Positions 60,571 through 64,000 of a DNA stretch of 64,000 nt are shown here, in pieces (the stretch's first letter is position 1; every line of letters begins with the position of its first letter). Origin of the DNA: an uncultured Bacilli bacterium (GTDB lineage: Bacteria > Bacillota_I > Bacilli_A > RF39 > UBA660); the NCBI GenBank assembly GCA_944363715.1, contig CALVUX010000008.1:2928-66927 (forward strand), in the 5' to 3' direction. A program made the position numbers and the translations under genes. The notes beneath the pieces were generated by a model. That model had not been told where the DNA came from and made no database searches. It saw nothing but the letters and a program-made list of their open reading frames with translations.

Positions 60571-60699
60571 GAATTAAATTCTTGCTTTTTTCTTTTCTTT
60601 ACCATATAATAGGTCCTAATTGAAGGGAGAAAAGTTTATGATTGCTAGAAATGTTAATTTTGCAGTAGAGAAAGTAAAATTATAGATTGGTATGAGAAT

Positions 60700-61239
60700 G
60701 TGCCTAAAGCTATTGATTATTATGATAGAGGGGATGGAATTACTAGGCTTAATGGTCAGATGGTTTCATTTAGAGATTTTAGGGCTGAATCAGATAGAGA
60801 AGAATTGGAAATAATATTGAGTCAACTTTATTTACTATTAGAAAAGTATCCTAGTGCTTTAGAAAATGAAACTATTTTGAGAAAATCTAGAAATTTGATA
60901 GAGTACGCAAAGAAAAGAAATGTTTCTTTAAATAATTGTTATTCTTATTTTAATAAAGAAACTAGAAATATTGAGTTGCCTGGTCAAGTAAAAACTAAAA
61001 CTTATAGATTAAGAATTTTACCAAGTAATTGGAATAATCGTTATAGTTGCATTACTATTTCTCAGTATGAAAGTATGGCATCTGGAGGAATTTTAAGTAA
61101 AAGTGAATTAAGATTGAAGTTAAATGCGAAAGGATTAGACTATATTAATATGACTTATATGGATGATTCTACTTATCATGTTTATAATTCTGATGCACTA
61201 ACTTATTTAAAACCTAACATTTTAGCAAAACATTTGTAA
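60700..61239 (+). CDS. Hypothetical protein (GTG start?)
   Basis: ORF only. Start codon uncertain. Confidence 0.35.
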   Translation: MPKAIDYYDRGDGITRLNGQMVSFRDFRAESDREELEIILSQLYLLLEKYPSALENETILRKSRNLIEYAKKRNVSLNNCYSYFNKETRNIELPGQVKTKTYRLRILPSNWNNRYSCITISQYESMASGGILSKSELRLKLNAKGLDYINMTYMDDSTYHVYNSDALTYLKPNILAKHL

Positions 61240-61294
61240 AAATAGTTGCATAAACTACATAAACTGTGATATATTTTGTTTAGTTTTATTTAAA

Positions 61295-61510
61295 ACAAGT
61301 GCGAAAGACGGGAATAAGGAAATTTTATAGAGAGTTAATGGTTGGTGGGAATTAACAAATGAACTTATTTCGGATCACTTTCAAGTTGTGCTTTAAGGAT
61401 AAGTTAAAGCCGGGTAAAACCGTTATATTAATAAGATAGATAAAATCTATGAACCAAGGTGGTACAGTGTTATTTTTAACGCCCTTGTGATTCATAGATT
61501 TTTTTGTTTA
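61295..61510 (+). promoter_or_regulatory. T-box riboswitch leader of ileS
   Basis: Stem I AGAGA box (atagagagtt), T-box sequence aaccaaGGTGGtACaGtG at 61452..61469, and a terminator aaatctatgaa...ttcatagattttttttg. Confidence 0.6.
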
Positions 61511-61522
61511 GGAGGAGAGATT

Positions 61523-64000
61523 ATGGCATTTAAAGAACTTGAAAAAGGTAAAACTCATGAAGTCGAGATGAATATTTTAAAGACTTGGGAGAAGATGGAT
61601 ATCTTAAAACAATGTATTGATAATAGAGAAGGTAAGGAAAACTTTGTTTTCTATGATGGACCTGCAACTGCTAACGGTAAACCAGGACTTCATCATATGA
61701 TGGCTAAGTTTTTGAAAGATACTTTCTGTAAATATAAGACTATGCAGGGCTATAGAGTTCTTCGTAAAGTAGGTTGGGATACTCATGGACTTCCTGTAGA
61801 GTTACAAGTAGAAAAGGAACTTGGTTTTAGTAATAAGAAAGATATTGAAGAGTATGGTATAAAAGAGTTTAATCAGAAATGTCGTGAGAGTGTTTGGGAA
61901 AATGAGAAGGCTTTTTCTGATTTAACTAAAGAAATGGGACAGTTTATTGATTTAGAGCATCCTTATGTTACTTATGATAATAACTATATAGAAACAGAAT
62001 GGTGGATTCTTAAAAAATTTTTTGATGAAGGATTATTTTATGAAGGACATAAGATACTTCCATATTGTACTAGATGTGGTACAGGTCTTGCTTCTCATGA
62101 AGTTGCCCAGGGTTATAAAGAAGTAACTGCAAATACAGTTATTGTTCCAATGAAGAAAAAGGATGAAGATGTTTACTTTCTTGTTTGGACTACTACTCCT
62201 TGGACTTTAATTAGTAATGTAGCACTATGTGTTAATCCAAGAGAAGAGTATGTATTAGTAGAATCTCAAGGTAATAAATTTATTGTAGGTAAAAAACTAG
62301 CTTCTAAAGTATTAGGGGATGACTATACAGTATTAGAAGAATATAGTGGTAAGAACTTAGAGTATATGGAATATGAACAGTTAATACCTAGTTTAAAAGT
62401 AGATAAGAAAGCATTTTTCGTTACAGTAGATGACTATGTAACTATGGAAGATGGTACTGGTATTGTTCATATTGCACCTGCTTTTGGACAAGATGATTAT
62501 AATGTAGGAAAGAAATATAATTTACCTGTCTTAAATCCTGTAGGTGAAGATGGTAAATATACTGAAGGATTATGGAAAGGTATGTTTGTTTTCGATGCTG
62601 ATATAGAAGTTATTAAATACTTAAAAGAAAATGGTAAGTTATTTAAGAAAATTAAAATGGCTCATAACTATCCTCATTGTTGGAGATGTGATACACCGCT
62701 TTTATATTATGCTAAACCATCTTATTATTTAGAAGTAACTAAGATAAAAGATGCTGTTGTTAAAAATAATAATGGTGTTAATTGGTATCCTGCTTTTGTT
62801 GGAGAGAAAAGATTTGGTAACTGGTTATTAAATATGAATGACTGGGCTATTTCTCGTAATAGATATTGGGGTACACCACTTCCTCTTTGGAAATGTAGTT
62901 GTGGACATCAGGAGATGATAGGGTCAAGAAAAGAGCTTGTGGAAAAAGCGATTGAAGATATTGATGAGACTATAGAATTACATCGTCCATATGTTGATGA
63001 TATTCATATTAAGTGTCCAGAATGTGGAAAAGAGATGAGTCGTGTTAGTGAAGTAATTGACTGTTGGTTTGATTCTGGTTCTATGCCTTTTGCACAATAT
63101 CATTATCCATTTGAAAATAAAGAGTTATTTGAAGACCAATTTCCTGCAGACTTTATTAGTGAAGGAATTGATCAGACAAGAGGATGGTTCTATACATTAA
63201 TGTTAATTTCTACTTTTGTTACAGGCAAGAGTCCATATAAAAACGTATTAGTTAATGATTTATTACTTGATAAATATGGTAAGAAGATGAGTAAAAGTAA
63301 AGGTAATATCGTTAAACCATTTGATTTAATGAATGAGTTTGGTAGTGATGTTATTAGATTCTATTTACCTTATGTATCTCCTGTATGGACTCCTATTAAG
63401 TTTGATAATGATGGCTTAAAAGAAGTTAATTCTAAGTACTTATCAACTCTTAAGAATGCTTATTCATTCTTTGAGATGTATGCTAATGCTGATAAGATAG
63501 ATCCAAGGGAATATAATGTTCCAGTTAAAGATAGAGATATTACTGATAAGTGGTTACTATCTCGTTTAAATAATACTTTAGATTTAGTTACTAAAGCATA
63601 TGATGAATATGATTTAAATAAAGTAGTTCATTATATTGTAGATTTCTTAAATGATGACTTTTCTAATTGGTATATTAGAAGTAATAGAAAGAGATTCTGG
63701 GATAGTGAACTTACTCTTAGTAAAAAGGCAGTATATCAGACTACTTATGAAGTTTTACTTGCACTTTGTGAGATGGCAGCACCTATTACACCATTTGTTA
63801 CTGAAGAGATTTATCGTAATTTGACTGATGGTAAGAGTGTTCATTTGAGAGATTTCCCTAAAGTAGATGAAACTTTAATATCTAGTGAACTTGAAAATAG
63901 AATGAGTTTAGTTCGTGATATTTGTAGTTTAGGACGTAATGCAAGGGAAGATGTATCTATTAAAGTTAGACAACCTCTTAACTTTATAATAGTTCCTAAA
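61523..64000 (+). CDS. ileS: Isoleucine--tRNA ligase (3' end lies outside the window)
   Basis: WTTTPWTL and KMSKSKGN motifs and an editing domain. Confidence 0.9.
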   Translation, partial: MAFKELEKGKTHEVEMNILKTWEKMDILKQCIDNREGKENFVFYDGPATANGKPGLHHMMAKFLKDTFCKYKTMQGYRVLRKVGWDTHGLPVELQVEKELGFSNKKDIEEYGIKEFNQKCRESVWENEKAFSDLTKEMGQFIDLEHPYVTYDNNYIETEWWILKKFFDEGLFYEGHKILPYCTRCGTGLASHEVAQGYKEVTANTVIVPMKKKDEDVYFLVWTTTPWTLISNVALCVNPREEYVLVESQGNKFIVGKKLASKVLGDDYTVLEEYSGKNLEYMEYEQLIPSLKVDKKAFFVTVDDYVTMEDGTGIVHIAPAFGQDDYNVGKKYNLPVLNPVGEDGKYTEGLWKGMFVFDADIEVIKYLKENGKLFKKIKMAHNYPHCWRCDTPLLYYAKPSYYLEVTKIKDAVVKNNNGVNWYPAFVGEKRFGNWLLNMNDWAISRNRYWGTPLPLWKCSCGHQEMIGSRKELVEKAIEDIDETIELHRPYVDDIHIKCPECGKEMSRVSEVIDCWFDSGSMPFAQYHYPFENKELFEDQFPADFISEGIDQTRGWFYTLMLISTFVTGKSPYKNVLVNDLLLDKYGKKMSKSKGNIVKPFDLMNEFGSDVIRFYLPYVSPVWTPIKFDNDGLKEVNSKYLSTLKNAYSFFEMYANADKIDPREYNVPVKDRDITDKWLLSRLNNTLDLVTKAYDEYDLNKVVHYIVDFLNDDFSNWYIRSNRKRFWDSELTLSKKAVYQTTYEVLLALCEMAAPITPFVTEEIYRNLTDGKSVHLRDFPKVDETLISSELENRMSLVRDICSLGRNAREDVSIKVRQPLNFIIVPK

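Noticed and set aside
1-64000. CRISPR arrays, tRNA or rRNA genes
   Set aside because: No regularly spaced direct repeats with unique spacers were seen, and no cloverleaf-compatible tRNA-like segments or rRNA blocks were recognised by eye.

Overview
AT-rich (low-GC) Bacillota chromosome segment with Bacillus-like core synteny plus accessory islands. Core: dnaD-nth convergent with recU-ponA; gpsB followed by RNase P RNA (type B); rodZ-like/pgsA/recA with a LexA (Cheo) box; rny, rnjA; rplM-rpsI; hup, cca, rsgA; htrA; ileS behind a T-box leader. Accessory: (i) three copies of a ~355-bp module, each with a promoter, an SD-sequestering hairpin, a 26-30 aa hydrophobic peptide ORF, a convergent antisense promoter and a shared terminator. 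This is the architecture of a type I toxin-antitoxin locus. Two copies flank a small islet carrying a RadC/JAB-like gene interrupted by a stop, a SpoIID-like gene, a Zn-PLC-like gene and an AbiD/F abortive-infection gene. (ii) Two tandem class III anaerobic RNR systems. The first has phage-like accessory genes (MazG-like, dUTPase) and a divergent Crp/Fnr regulator. In the second, the glycyl-radical C-terminal domain sits on a separate 56-aa ORF. (iii) An IS1595-family insertion with ~27-bp terminal inverted repeats. (iv) A decayed prophage/ICE remnant: ImmA-like, TraX, holin-M23 lysin cassette, KilA-N pseudogene. (v) A G11 homopolymer upstream of a secreted aromatic-rich protein. (vi) Several accessory genes disrupted by in-frame stops or a frameshift. 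No CRISPR array and no tRNA or rRNA genes were recognised.
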